From assembly GCF_044704955.1 (NCBI RefSeq), contig NW_027254484.1, forward strand, positions 1 through 64,000: DNA of 64,000 nucleotides, written 5' to 3'. The notes under the pieces were generated by a model that did not search any database, had not been told where the DNA came from, and saw only the letters and a list, made by a program, of their open reading frames with translations. How positions within the stretch are numbered: the first letter of the stretch is position 1; each line of letters opens with the position of its first letter. Origin of the DNA: Pristiophorus japonicus. Its lineage: Eukaryota. Both the position numbers and the translations under genes were made by a program. This document shows, in pieces, positions 18,258-28,064 of this stretch.

Positions 18258-21155
18258 TCAGCGGGGACAGGGCAGGGCCCGGTCGGCCGCGTGGCGGGGG
18301 AGGTGACAGGCCAGCTCAAAGGCCCGGGCAAAAGCCTCGGGGCAGTGGGGGCAGGGAAAGGCGGGCTGGTGCTGGGCCGGGCGACGGCAACGGTGGCCGA
18401 GCAGCTCCACCAGCCGGCCAAAGTCGCGGCCGCACAGGGCACAGTCGTAGGGGCGGCGGGCGGCGTGGGCGTCCGGGCTGGCCGCCCGCGCAGGGAGGGG
18501 GGCGTCCGAGGTGCTGGCCTCCGGGGGTTGGCGGATGTCAGCATACGGGGCCTCGTAGCCCTGCGGGAGTTCCAGGCCTTGGGCCTGTGGGGGTTCGCGG
18601 TTCTGCGCATGCGCCTCCTCTAAGCCCTGTGGGAGTTTGAGGCCTTGGGCCTGTGGTAGTTGCCGGTTCTGCGCATACGCATTTTCCGAGCAATGTGCTA
18701 GTTGCCGGCTCTGCGCATGCGCATTTTCCGAGCAATGTGCTAGTTGCCGGCTCTGCGCATGCGCATTCTCCGAGCTATGTGGAAGTTGCCGCCTCTGCGC
18801 ATGCGCATTCTCCGAGCCCTGCGGCTGCTGCCGGCTCTGCGCATGCACATTCTCCGAGCAATGCGGTAGTTGCTGGCTCTGCGCATGCGCATTTTCCGAG
18901 CTATGTGGTAGTTGCCGGCTCTGCGCATGCGCATTCTCCGAGCCCTGCGGCAGTTGCCGGCTCTGCCCATGCTGCTCCCCGGCCTCCGGCGTCGGTGGCC
19001 CCCCCCGGCAGTGCCTGGCCCGGTGGCCCCTCAGCCCCCCGGGGGCCTTGAAGGCCCGGCCGCAGCGGGGGCAGGCGTGGGGGCGCAGCGGCGAGTGGGT
19101 GCGCCGGTGCCGGCCCAGCAGCGACGGGCGGGTGAAGCCCTTGCCGCACTGGCCGCAGACGTAGGGCCGCTCGCCCGTGTGGAGGCGGGCGTGGTGGTCG
19201 CGGTCCCGCCCGCTCTTGAAGCGGCGGGGGCAGGAGGGGCAGGGGTAGGGGGCCCGGTCCGAGTGGGCCCGCAGGTGGCGGGCCAGCTCGTAGGGGTAGC
19301 GGAAGCCCTTGTCGCAGTGCGGGCAAGCGTGCCGCGGCGGGTCGGGCAGGTGGCGCCCCCGGTGCTTGAGCAGGTAGGAGGCGGTCTTGAAGCGCTTGGG
19401 GCACAGCGGGCACGGGTAGGGGGTCTGGTCGGTGTGGGTGCGCAGGTGCTGGGCCAGGTAGTGGGGCCGCTTGAAGCGCTTGTCGCAGCGGGGGCAGGGG
19501 AAGGGGGCCTCGTCGGTGTGAGTCAACCGGTGGCGGAGCAGCTCGTAGGAGTTGACGAAGCCCTTGCCGCAGGCCGGGCAGGCGAAGGGCCGCTCGTCGG
19601 TGTGGCTGCGCTGGTGGCGGAGGAGGTGGGAGGCCCGGCTGTACCGGCGGCCGCACTGGGCGCAGCGGAAGGGGGCGGGCAGCGGCGGGTGCAGGGCCAC
19701 CCCCGTTCCTCCCCGGTGCAACGGCGACGAGGAGGCGGCGGAGGAGGAGGCGTGCTCCTGGAGCTCGGCCGCCCCCTCGAAGGTCAGCCGGCACAGCGGG
19801 CAGGAGAAGGGGCCCTGGCCGGCGTGGCCCGCCAGGTGGTGGCGGGAGAGGGCCTGGGGGTCGCAGAAGGACTTGCCGCACACGGCGCACTTGGGGCGCT
19901 CGGGGAGGGGGGCGGGCCCGTCCGCGTTGGCCGCCGTTGTCGGGCCGGGGGCCGGGCAGGGCGGGGCGGGCCCGAGCGAGGTCGGCGTCAACATTGGCGA
20001 CGAGGCCCATGATGTCAACGTTGTCGTCAATGTTGGCGACGAGGCCAATGGCGTCAACGTTGGCGACGAGGCCAATGACGTCAACGTTGGCGACGAGGCC
20101 AATGGCGTCAACGTTGGCGACGAGGCCAATGGCGTCAACGTTGGCAACGAGGCCAATGGCGTCAACGTTGGCGACGAGGCCAATGACGTCAACGTTGGCG
20201 ACGAGGCCAATGACGTCAACGTTGTCGTCAATGTTGGCGACGAGGCCAATGGCGTCAACGTTGGCGACGAGGCCAATGACGTCAACGTTGGCGACGAGGC
20301 CAATGGCGTCAACGTTGGCAACGAGGCCAATGACGTCAACGTTGGCGACGAGGGAGCGATCAATGCGGCGGAGGCCGCCACCGGCGCCCTCTGGTGGGTG
20401 CGCCGGTGACGGCGGAGCGTGCCGGGGTCGCGGAAGGCCCGCAGGCACTCGGGGCACGGGTACGGCCGCTCGCCGGTGTGCGAGTACTGGTGCCGCAGGA
20501 GGTGGGCCGAGCGGCTGTAGCCCTTGCCGCAGGCCCGGCAGCGGAAGGGGCGGCGGGGCGGGGGCCCGTGCTCGGCCCGGCGGTGGCAGGCCAGGCCCCG
20601 GGGCCGGGCGAAGCGGCGGGGGCAGGCGTCGCAGCGGTAGGGGCGGGAGGGGTCGTGGACCAGGGCGTGGCGGGCCAGCTCGTAGCGCTCCTTGAAGGAC
20701 TTGCCGCACTGGGGGCAGGCGAAGGCCGAGGGCCGCCCGTGACGGCGCCGGTGCTTCTGGAGGTACCAGGGCGTGGCGAAGCGCTTGGGGCACAGCGGGC
20801 ACAGGTACGGGCGCTGGCGCTCGCAGGAGTGGCGGGCCAGCAGCTCGGGCAGGGCAAAGTCCAGGCCGCAGGAGCGGCAACGCTGCGCGTCGCCGCGCGG
20901 GTCCGGCGCGCCGGCGGGCGGCGTCTGCGGCGGCGACGGCGGCGGCCGGCAGCGGTGGCGGGCCAGCAGCGGGAAGTAGCCGAAGCCCCGCCCGCAGGAG
21001 GAGCAGATGAAGGGCGTGCGGGGCGGGTGCAGGGCCCGGTGACGCCAGAGGGGCCAGGCGCCCGGGAAGCGCTTGCCGCAGTCACCGCAGCGGTGGGGGC
21101 GGCGGGGGGCGGGCGGGCCGGGCCTCCCCCGGCGGAGCGGGGCCCGGCGCGTCAT
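18258..21155 (-). CDS. Intronless multi-C2H2 zinc-finger protein, copy 1 (965 aa, ~20 fingers including 4 atypical; no KRAB/SCAN/BTB/SET)
   Basis: Repeated CxxC-x12-HxxxH motifs with TGERP/TDERP linkers; ATG with A at -3 (GGACGATG); uninterrupted GC-rich ORF. Confidence 0.92.
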   Translation of the reverse strand: MTRRAPLRRGRPGPPAPRRPHRCGDCGKRFPGAWPLWRHRALHPPRTPFICSSCGRGFGYFPLLARHRCRPPPSPPQTPPAGAPDPRGDAQRCRSCGLDFALPELLARHSCERQRPYLCPLCPKRFATPWYLQKHRRRHGRPSAFACPQCGKSFKERYELARHALVHDPSRPYRCDACPRRFARPRGLACHRRAEHGPPPRRPFRCRACGKGYSRSAHLLRHQYSHTGERPYPCPECLRAFRDPGTLRRHRRTHQRAPVAASAALIAPSSPTLTSLASLPTLTPLASSPTLTSLASSPTLTPLASSPTLTTTLTSLASSPTLTSLASSPTLTPLASLPTLTPLASSPTLTPLASSPTLTSLASSPTLTPLASSPTLTTTLTSWASSPMLTPTSLGPAPPCPAPGPTTAANADGPAPLPERPKCAVCGKSFCDPQALSRHHLAGHAGQGPFSCPLCRLTFEGAAELQEHASSSAASSSPLHRGGTGVALHPPLPAPFRCAQCGRRYSRASHLLRHQRSHTDERPFACPACGKGFVNSYELLRHRLTHTDEAPFPCPRCDKRFKRPHYLAQHLRTHTDQTPYPCPLCPKRFKTASYLLKHRGRHLPDPPRHACPHCDKGFRYPYELARHLRAHSDRAPYPCPSCPRRFKSGRDRDHHARLHTGERPYVCGQCGKGFTRPSLLGRHRRTHSPLRPHACPRCGRAFKAPGGLRGHRARHCRGGPPTPEAGEQHGQSRQLPQGSENAHAQSRQLPHSSENAHAQSQQLPHCSENVHAQSRQQPQGSENAHAQRRQLPHSSENAHAQSRQLAHCSENAHAQSRQLAHCSENAYAQNRQLPQAQGLKLPQGLEEAHAQNREPPQAQGLELPQGYEAPYADIRQPPEASTSDAPLPARAASPDAHAARRPYDCALCGRDFGRLVELLGHRCRRPAQHQPAFPCPHCPEAFARAFELACHLPRHAADRALPCPR
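18650..18975 (-). repeat. 42-bp coding VNTR (ENAHAQSRQLPxxS) x8
   Basis: 14-aa period; five units carry a perfect TGCGCATGCGCA. Confidence 0.95.
19984..20351 (-). repeat. 27-bp coding VNTR (SSPTLT[S/P]LA) x13
   Basis: Plus-strand unit GGCCAATG(A/G)CGTCAACGTTGGCGACGA. Confidence 0.95.
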
Positions 21156-21810
21156 CGTCCCGGGGCGGGGGAGGGTGGGGGCGCTACCCGATCGCGCGCA
21201 TCGCCAGCCGCCCGCGCCGTCTCCCTCCTCTCCCTCCCGCCTTCCGACGGAGTACCCACGTCTACCGCCCTTCTTCTCTCTCCCTCGCGATCGTCACAGC
21301 CGGCAAGGGGGGGTCGCGAGTGGCGAGATAAATAGTCCGAGGCAGAGGGGGGGGTCGATGGATTGTCCGTCGAGGCTTCTTGCTCCGGGGGTGGGGGGGC
21401 GTCCGTTCCGGGCCCCACGGTTGTCGCTGTTGGTCGCCGCTGGGTCGAGTCGCTTGTCACGCGCCGGTCTCTTTGCGGGGGGAGGGGGAGCGGGGCGACG
21501 ATCGCACACCTCTGCCAGCAAACCTCCTTTTCGCACCCCCCCACCTCTCACCCCTGCCCGCAGACCCCCTTGCTCTTTTGTTTCTCCTCCTCTTCTTCTT
21601 CCCGAGGGGGGGCGTTGGGGGGAGGGGGGCAGGAGCGGGGGAACAGCCCACGGAGAGAGAGAGAGGTCGGTGTCTCTCGCTGGCCCTGCAAGGGGTGGGG
21701 GGGGGGGGGAGGAGGAAGACGGGCGAGCGTTGAGACAATGCAAATGGCCGACGCGCGCGCTCCCCACCCCCGCACACGCCCCCTCCCCCCACCACACAAG
21801 TCTCACAAGG
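21156..21810 (-). promoter_or_regulatory. CpG-rich 5' UTR/promoter region of ZNF copy 1
   Basis: CpG-dense; TATA-like TATTTAT on the minus strand at 21328-21334; octamer ATGCAAAT at 21738-21745. Function is inferred. Confidence 0.5.
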
Positions 21811-22393
21811 GGGGGGGGGGGGAGTCTGGATTCCGAAACATTCCGAATTTTGGAACTCTGGATTTTAGACGCTCAAAAATCAATATTGACCCCGGAATAT
21901 CCCAAGTGCCCCAATTAATATATTTTGAGCTTTATCAATATAGAAGAGTAATATTATGCCCCTGAATAGTTCCCTCGCTGACTCATTCCCCCGTTGATGT
22001 ATTTACAGATAGATTGATGGACAGATATTGATCTCATTCCGTTGATATAAATCTATCTGTAAATATATTCAGATATTGTCCGCATGTTCCCCTCCCCCGC
22101 CCCCCAGACACCAGACTCCCGAAGCGAGCGCTCGACTCGGAACTCCTGCACGGGCGCGCGAGCCCCAAGGTGGGCAGAGGAAACGTTCTGCAAGGGACAC
22201 ACCCACTCCCCTCATAAAGTGCAACACCCCCGCCCCCCCCACCGACACCTGGGAGTCCCCCCTGGCCCAAAGACCAGTCCGCCCCTAAGTGGTGGAAGTG
22301 CATCCGGGAGGGCGCCGAGCACCTCGAGTCTCGTCGCCAATTGCGAGCACGCAGAAAGCAAGCGCAAGGCAGCGGAAGGAGCGTGCGGCAAAC

Positions 22394-22634
22394 CTGTCCC
22401 ACCCTCCCCTTTCCCTCAACGTCTATCTGTCCCACCCTCCCCTTTCCTTCAACGTCTATCTGTCCCACCCTCCCCTTTCCCTCAACGTCTATCTGTCCCA
22501 CCCTCCCCTTTCCCTCAACGTCTATCTGTCCCACCCTCCCCTTTCCCTCAACGTCTATCTGTCCCACCCTCCCCTTCCCTCAACGTCTCTCTGTCCCACC
22601 CTCCCCTTTCCCTCAACGTCTATCTGTCCCACCC
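22394..22634 (+). repeat. 32/33-bp RTE-derived VNTR (~7 copies)
   Basis: Same unit as 9880-10052. Confidence 0.95.
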
Positions 22635-25600
22635 CGTGACAGGGACTGCGACTCCCGTATTGGACTATTCAGCCACCTTAAGCCTCGTTTTTAAGAGTGG
22701 AAACAAGTCTTCCTCGATTCCAAGGGGCTGCCTCTAACGATGAGATGTAGACAAGTGATATTAACCCTTATACTCATTCCGTTATATACTCTCTGCCCCA
22801 ATTTAAACAGAGAGAGATATTTTACGATATTTAGACATTAATATTGACTCATTATCCCCAAGTGCTCCATGTGCGAAGTATGAGATGTATTAAAATACAG
22901 AGACTAACATTAACCCCGTCAATATGCCCTCTCTCACTCACTGCCCCAATTACAGCATAGTTAGAGACATAGAAACATAGAAAATAGGTGCAGGAGCAGG
23001 CCATTGGGTCCTTCGAGCCTGCCCCCCGCCATTGGGCCCTTCGAGCCTGCCCCACCATTCAATATGATCACGGCTGAACATGCAACTTCAGTACCCCACT
23101 CCTGCCTTCTCTCCATACCCCCCTGATCCCTTTAGCCGTAAGGGCCACATCTAACTCCCTTTTGAATATATCCGACGAACTGGCCCCCAACAACTTTCTG
23201 TGGTAGAGAATTCCACAGGTTCACAATTCTCTGGGTGAAGAAGTTTCTCCTCATCTCGGTCCTAAATGACTTACCCCTTATCCTTAGACTGTGTGAGCCC
23301 CTGGTTCTGGACTTCCCCAACATCGGGAACATTCTTCCCGCATCTAACCTGTCCAGTCCCGTCAGAATTTTATATGTTTCTATGAGATCCCCTCTCATTC
23401 TTCTCAACTCCAGTGAATATAAGCCCAGTCGATCCAGTCTTTCTTCATATGTCAGTCCTGCCATCCCGGGAATCAGTCTGGTGAACCTTCGCTGCACTCC
23501 CTCAATAGCAAGAATGTCCTTCCTCAGATTAGGAGACCAAAACTGAACACAATATTCCAGGTGTGGCCTCACCAAGGCCCTGTACAACTGCAGTAAGACC
23601 TCCCTGCTCCTATACTCAAATCCTCTCGCTATGAAGGCCAACATACCATTTGCCTTCTTCACCCCCTGCTGTACCTGCATGGCCAACTTTCAATGACTGA
23701 TGTCCCATGACACCCAGGTCTCGTTGCACCTCCCCTTTTCCTAATCTGTCACCATTCAGATAATATTCTGCCTTCCTGTTTTTGCCCCCAAAGTGGATAA
23801 CCTCACATTTATCCACATTATACTGCATCTGCCATGCATTTGCCCCACTCACCTAACCTGTCCAAGTCACTCTGCAGCCTCTTAGCATCCTCCTCACAGC
23901 TCACACCGCCACCCAGCTTAGTGTCATCTGCAAACTTGGAGATATTACACTCAATTCCCTCGTCTAAATCATTAATGTATATTGTAAATAGCTGGGGTCC
24001 CAGCACTGATCCCTGCGGTACCCCACTAGTCACTGCCTGCCGTTCTGAAAAGGACCCGTTTATCCCGACTCTCTGCTTCCTGTCTGCCTACCAGTTCTCT
24101 ATCCCCGTCTGTACATTACCCCCAATACCTTGTGCTTTAATTTTGCACACCAATCTCTTGTGTGGGACCTTGTCAAAAGCCTTTTGTCAGTCCAAATACA
24201 CCACATCCACTGGTTCTCCCTTGTCCACTCTACTAGTTACATCCTCAAAAAATCCCAGAAGATCTTTCAAGCCTGATTTCCCCTTTCATAAATCCATGCT
24301 GACTTGGACCGATCCTGTCACTGCTTTCCAAATGCGCTGCTATTACATCTTTAATAATTGATTCCAACATTTTCCCCACTACTGATGTCAGGCTAACCGG
24401 TCTATAATTACCCATTTTCTATCTCCCTCCTTTTTTAAAAGTGGGGTTACATTAACTACCCTCCAGTCCATAGGAACTGATCCAGAGTCTATCGAATGTT
24501 GGAAAATGACCACCAATGCATCCACTTTCTGTGGTAGAGAATTCCACAGGTTCACAATTCTCTGGGTGAAGAAGTTTCTCCTCATCTGGGTCCTAAATGG
24601 CTTATCCCTTATCCTTAGACTGTGTGAGCCCCTGGTTCTGGACTTCCCCAACATCGGGAACATTCTTCCCGCATCTAAACCTGTCCAGTCCCGTCAGAAT
24701 TTGACATGTTTCCTATCAGATCCCCCTCTCATCCTTCTAAACTCCAGCGAATATAAGCCCAGTCGATCCAGTCTCTCCTGATATGTCAGAAATTAACCCC
24801 TCGATGATGTCCTTTCTCACCGGCTGCCCCAATTGAAGCACAGCGAGCTATTTCGGAGATATATGAATGTAGAAAGATTCATATGGATCCCAGGTTATCC
24901 CAAGTGAGATATATTAATATACCGGCAGTAATATTAACCCTTGAAGGTCACCCTCCCTCACACCTTGCCTCAATTGAGAGAGAGTTGGCGGTATTGAGGT
25001 ATATATTAATATACAAAGATTAATATTGGTTCCTGATGATCCCAAGTGCTATACATGAGATATATTAATATACAGGCAGTAATATTAACCCTTGAAGGTC
25101 ACCCTCCCTCACACCTTGCCTCAATTTAAGCAAATTGAGGAATTTTAAGATATTTCGAGCTCTATTCAAAGAAAAACATTAATATTGCTGCCTGGTGATC
25201 GCAAGTGCTATATATGAGATATATTAATATACGGGCAGTAATATTAAGCCCTCACTGATGCCCTCCCTCCATCCCTGCCCCAATTGAGGGAGTTTTGGAG
25301 CTATTTCGAGACATATTAATGTACAAACAGTAATATTGACCCCCAGCCACTTGGCCTCAGTGCCCCAGGGCCCTCTTGCAGCATTTATTCAGGTGCATTG
25401 ATCCCTGGAGCACCACACTAGTTACTGATTGCCGACCCGAGAATGAACAGTTGTCCCGACTCTCTGTTCTCTGTTAGTGAGCCCATCCTCCATCCGTGCT
25501 AATATATTACCCCCAAACCCCGCGAGCTTTTATCCTGCGCAGTAACCTCTCATGTGGTACTTTATCGAAGGATTGCTCAAACTCCCTTCGGTCACTGAGC

Positions 25601-26503
25601 AGGGAAGGAGGTTTGGGTCCACTGGGATTCTCACATCAGAAATAGGAGCCAGGAGTGGGCCATTCGGCCCCTCGAGCCCTGCTCCGCCATTTAATACCAT
25701 CGTGGCCTGATCCGATCATGGACCCAGCTCCACTTACCTGCCCGCCCCCTTATCGGTTAAGAAACTGTCTATCTCTGTCTTAAATATATTCAATGTCCCG
25801 GCTTCCACAGCTCTCTGAGGCAGCGAGTTCCACAGATTTACAACCCTCAGAGAGAAGAAATTCCTCCTCATCTCAGTTTTAAATGGGCGGCCCCTTATTC
25901 TAAGACCATGCCCCCTAGTTCTAGTCTCCCCCATCAGTGGGAACATCCTCTCTGCATCCACCTTGTAGAGCCCCCCTCATAATCTGATATGTTTCGATAA
26001 GATCACCTCTCATTCTTCTGAACTCCAATGAGTAGAGGCCCAACCTCCTCAACCTTTCCTCATAAGTCAACCCCCTCATCCCCGGAATCGACCGAGTGAA
26101 CCTTCTCTGAACTGCCTCCAAAGCAAAGTGTGTCCTTTGGTAAATACGGAGAGCAAAACTGTGCACGCAGTACTCCAGGTGTGGCCTCACCAATACCCTG
26201 TGTAACTGGAGCAAGACTTCCCTGCTTTTATACTCCATCCCCCTTTGCAATAAAGACCAAGATACCATTGGCCCTTCCTGATCACTTGCTGTACCTGCGT
26301 ACTAACCTTTTGTGTTTCATGTACAAGTAACCCCCAGGTCCCGCTGTACTGCCGCACTTTGTAATCTTTCTCCGTTTAAATAATCGCTTCCTTCTTCTCT
26401 CGCAACCAGAGGCTCCATTCAGCTCACCAGGCAATGTGGGGAAATGCAGCACACAAACATAACGCTCCCCATCGGGGTCAGAGTGGGGGCAGAAAACCAT
26501 CTT

Positions 26504-26509
26504 TTTATT
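26504..26509 (-). terminator. Putative poly(A) signal of ZNF copy 2
   Basis: AATAAA (minus strand) in the same context as 17041-17046. Confidence 0.65.
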
Positions 26510-28064
26510 GGTCACAGCAGGTTTGTACAGCGGNNNNNNNNNNNNNNNNNNNNNNNNNNNNNNNNNNNNNNNNNNNNNNNNNNNNNNNNNNNNNNNNNNN
26601 NNNNNNNNNNNNNNNNNNNNNNNNNNNNNNNNNNNNNNNNNNNNNNNNNNNNNNNNNNNNNNNNNNNNNNNNNNNNNNNNNNNNNNNNNNNNNNNNNNNN
26701 NNNNNNNNNNNNNNNNNNNNNNNNNNNNNNNNNNNNNNNNNNNNNNNNNNNNNNNNNNNNNNNNNNNNNNNNNNNNNNNNNNNNNNNNNNNNNNNNNNNN
26801 NNNNNNNNNNNNNNNNNNNNNNNNNNNNNNNNNNNNNNNNNNNNNNNNNNNNNNNNNNNNNNNNNNNNNNNNNNNNNNNNNNNNNNNNNNNNNNNNNNNN
26901 NNNNNNNNNNNNNNNNNNNNNNNNNNNNNNNNNNNNNNNNNNNNNNNNNNNNNNNNNNNNNNNNNNNNNNNNNNNNNNNNNNNNNNNNNNNNNNNNNNNN
27001 NNNNNNNNNNNNNNNNNNNNNNNNNNGTGGAGAGACAGAGCGACCATCACATACAACAGCAGACATTTTTCAGGAGGAGACCTTCGATCGAGAGCTGACT
27101 CGGGTCTCCCTCTCACCCCTCACCCCGCCATCTCGCATTCCGCGCTCCGGATTTCAACCCGCTTCCCACGCCCGGCCCCCTGTTCCCAGGCGCGAACCCG
27201 CGGGTGCGGGCTATTCGACTGGAGGGGCATCAGGCCCACGGTTGAGACGTTGTTTCTCCGCCCTCCCCAGCGCGGAGGGAGGGAGGGGGTGGGCGGAGGG
27301 ATGTGTGTGTGTGTGTGGGGAGAGGGTGGGGGGGAAAACACGTGTGGCCTTGCCCCTCCCCTCCCTACCCACACGTGAGCCTTCCGGAGGTCGGGAGCAG
27401 GAAAGCTCGTATCGTCTCACGCCCCCGGTCCGCGCGCCTGTGCGGGGCGTGTGCGAGAGCGGGGCTCTCTGTACCCGTCGGGGCAGTGGGGTGTGGGGGT
27501 AAGGAGCACGAGGTGATCTGATTGGTGTTTGCCTTGAGATGGGATTTGTGAGGGACGGGGTAGGGGAGAAGAGGGCGAAGGTGAGCACGGGCGGGGGAGG
27601 GGTCGAGTTCGAAGGGGTCAGGAGTCCGCTTGACCTCCTCCCCCCACCAGACCCCCCACCCCGTCCCCAGCTTGCAAACGGCGCCCTCTTCAGGGGAGGT
27701 GGGGAGCGGGCGGCGATGCACGCCGCAGTCGAATAGCCCGCCGCGCGGCACGAGGGGCTTGTGGGGGTGCGGGGAGGCGGAGGAGCTGTGCGGTCCGCGA
27801 TCGAGGGATAATTCAGTGTTTGCAACGTGCAGTAGGGGGAGGGGAGAGGGAACGGCGGGGGAGGGGAGGAGAGGGGACGGAGGGGGAGGGGAGGAGAGGG
27901 GACGGAGGGGGAGGGGAGTTGGGACCAAGTTCCCACAAGACCCCCTCGACCTGCCCAGCAACGACCGGATACCAGCCCCGCCCACTCTTACCCCAACCCC
28001 TCCCCCGCCCTCCCGTGGGTGGGGGGAGGGGGTTAAGCCCCCACCGCAGCCCCCCCCCCCTCGG

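Noticed and set aside
18258-21155. PRDM9 or KRAB-ZNF identity
   Set aside because: No PR/SET, KRAB or SSXRD sequence is visible; the fingers are mutually divergent rather than an 84-bp homogenised minisatellite.
16921-21810. ZNF cassette as a processed retrocopy or transposon cargo
   Set aside because: No poly(A) tract after the AATAAA, genomic sequence continues past the predicted cleavage site, the promoter-like region is included, and no TSD or TIR is seen.
18637-21965. Long antisense and alternate-frame ORFs overlapping the ZNF genes (e.g. 18901-20880, 18912-20012, 20394-21335 and equivalents in copies 2 and 3)
   Set aside because: Expected shadow ORFs of very GC-rich coding DNA; many start at non-ATG codons and show no recognisable domains.
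21700-22100. snRNA/7SK-type gene suggested by the octamer and tandem organisation
   Set aside because: I found no recognisable U1/U2/U4/U5/U6/7SK, 5S or tRNA sequence on either strand by eye; an Rfam/tRNAscan run would be decisive.
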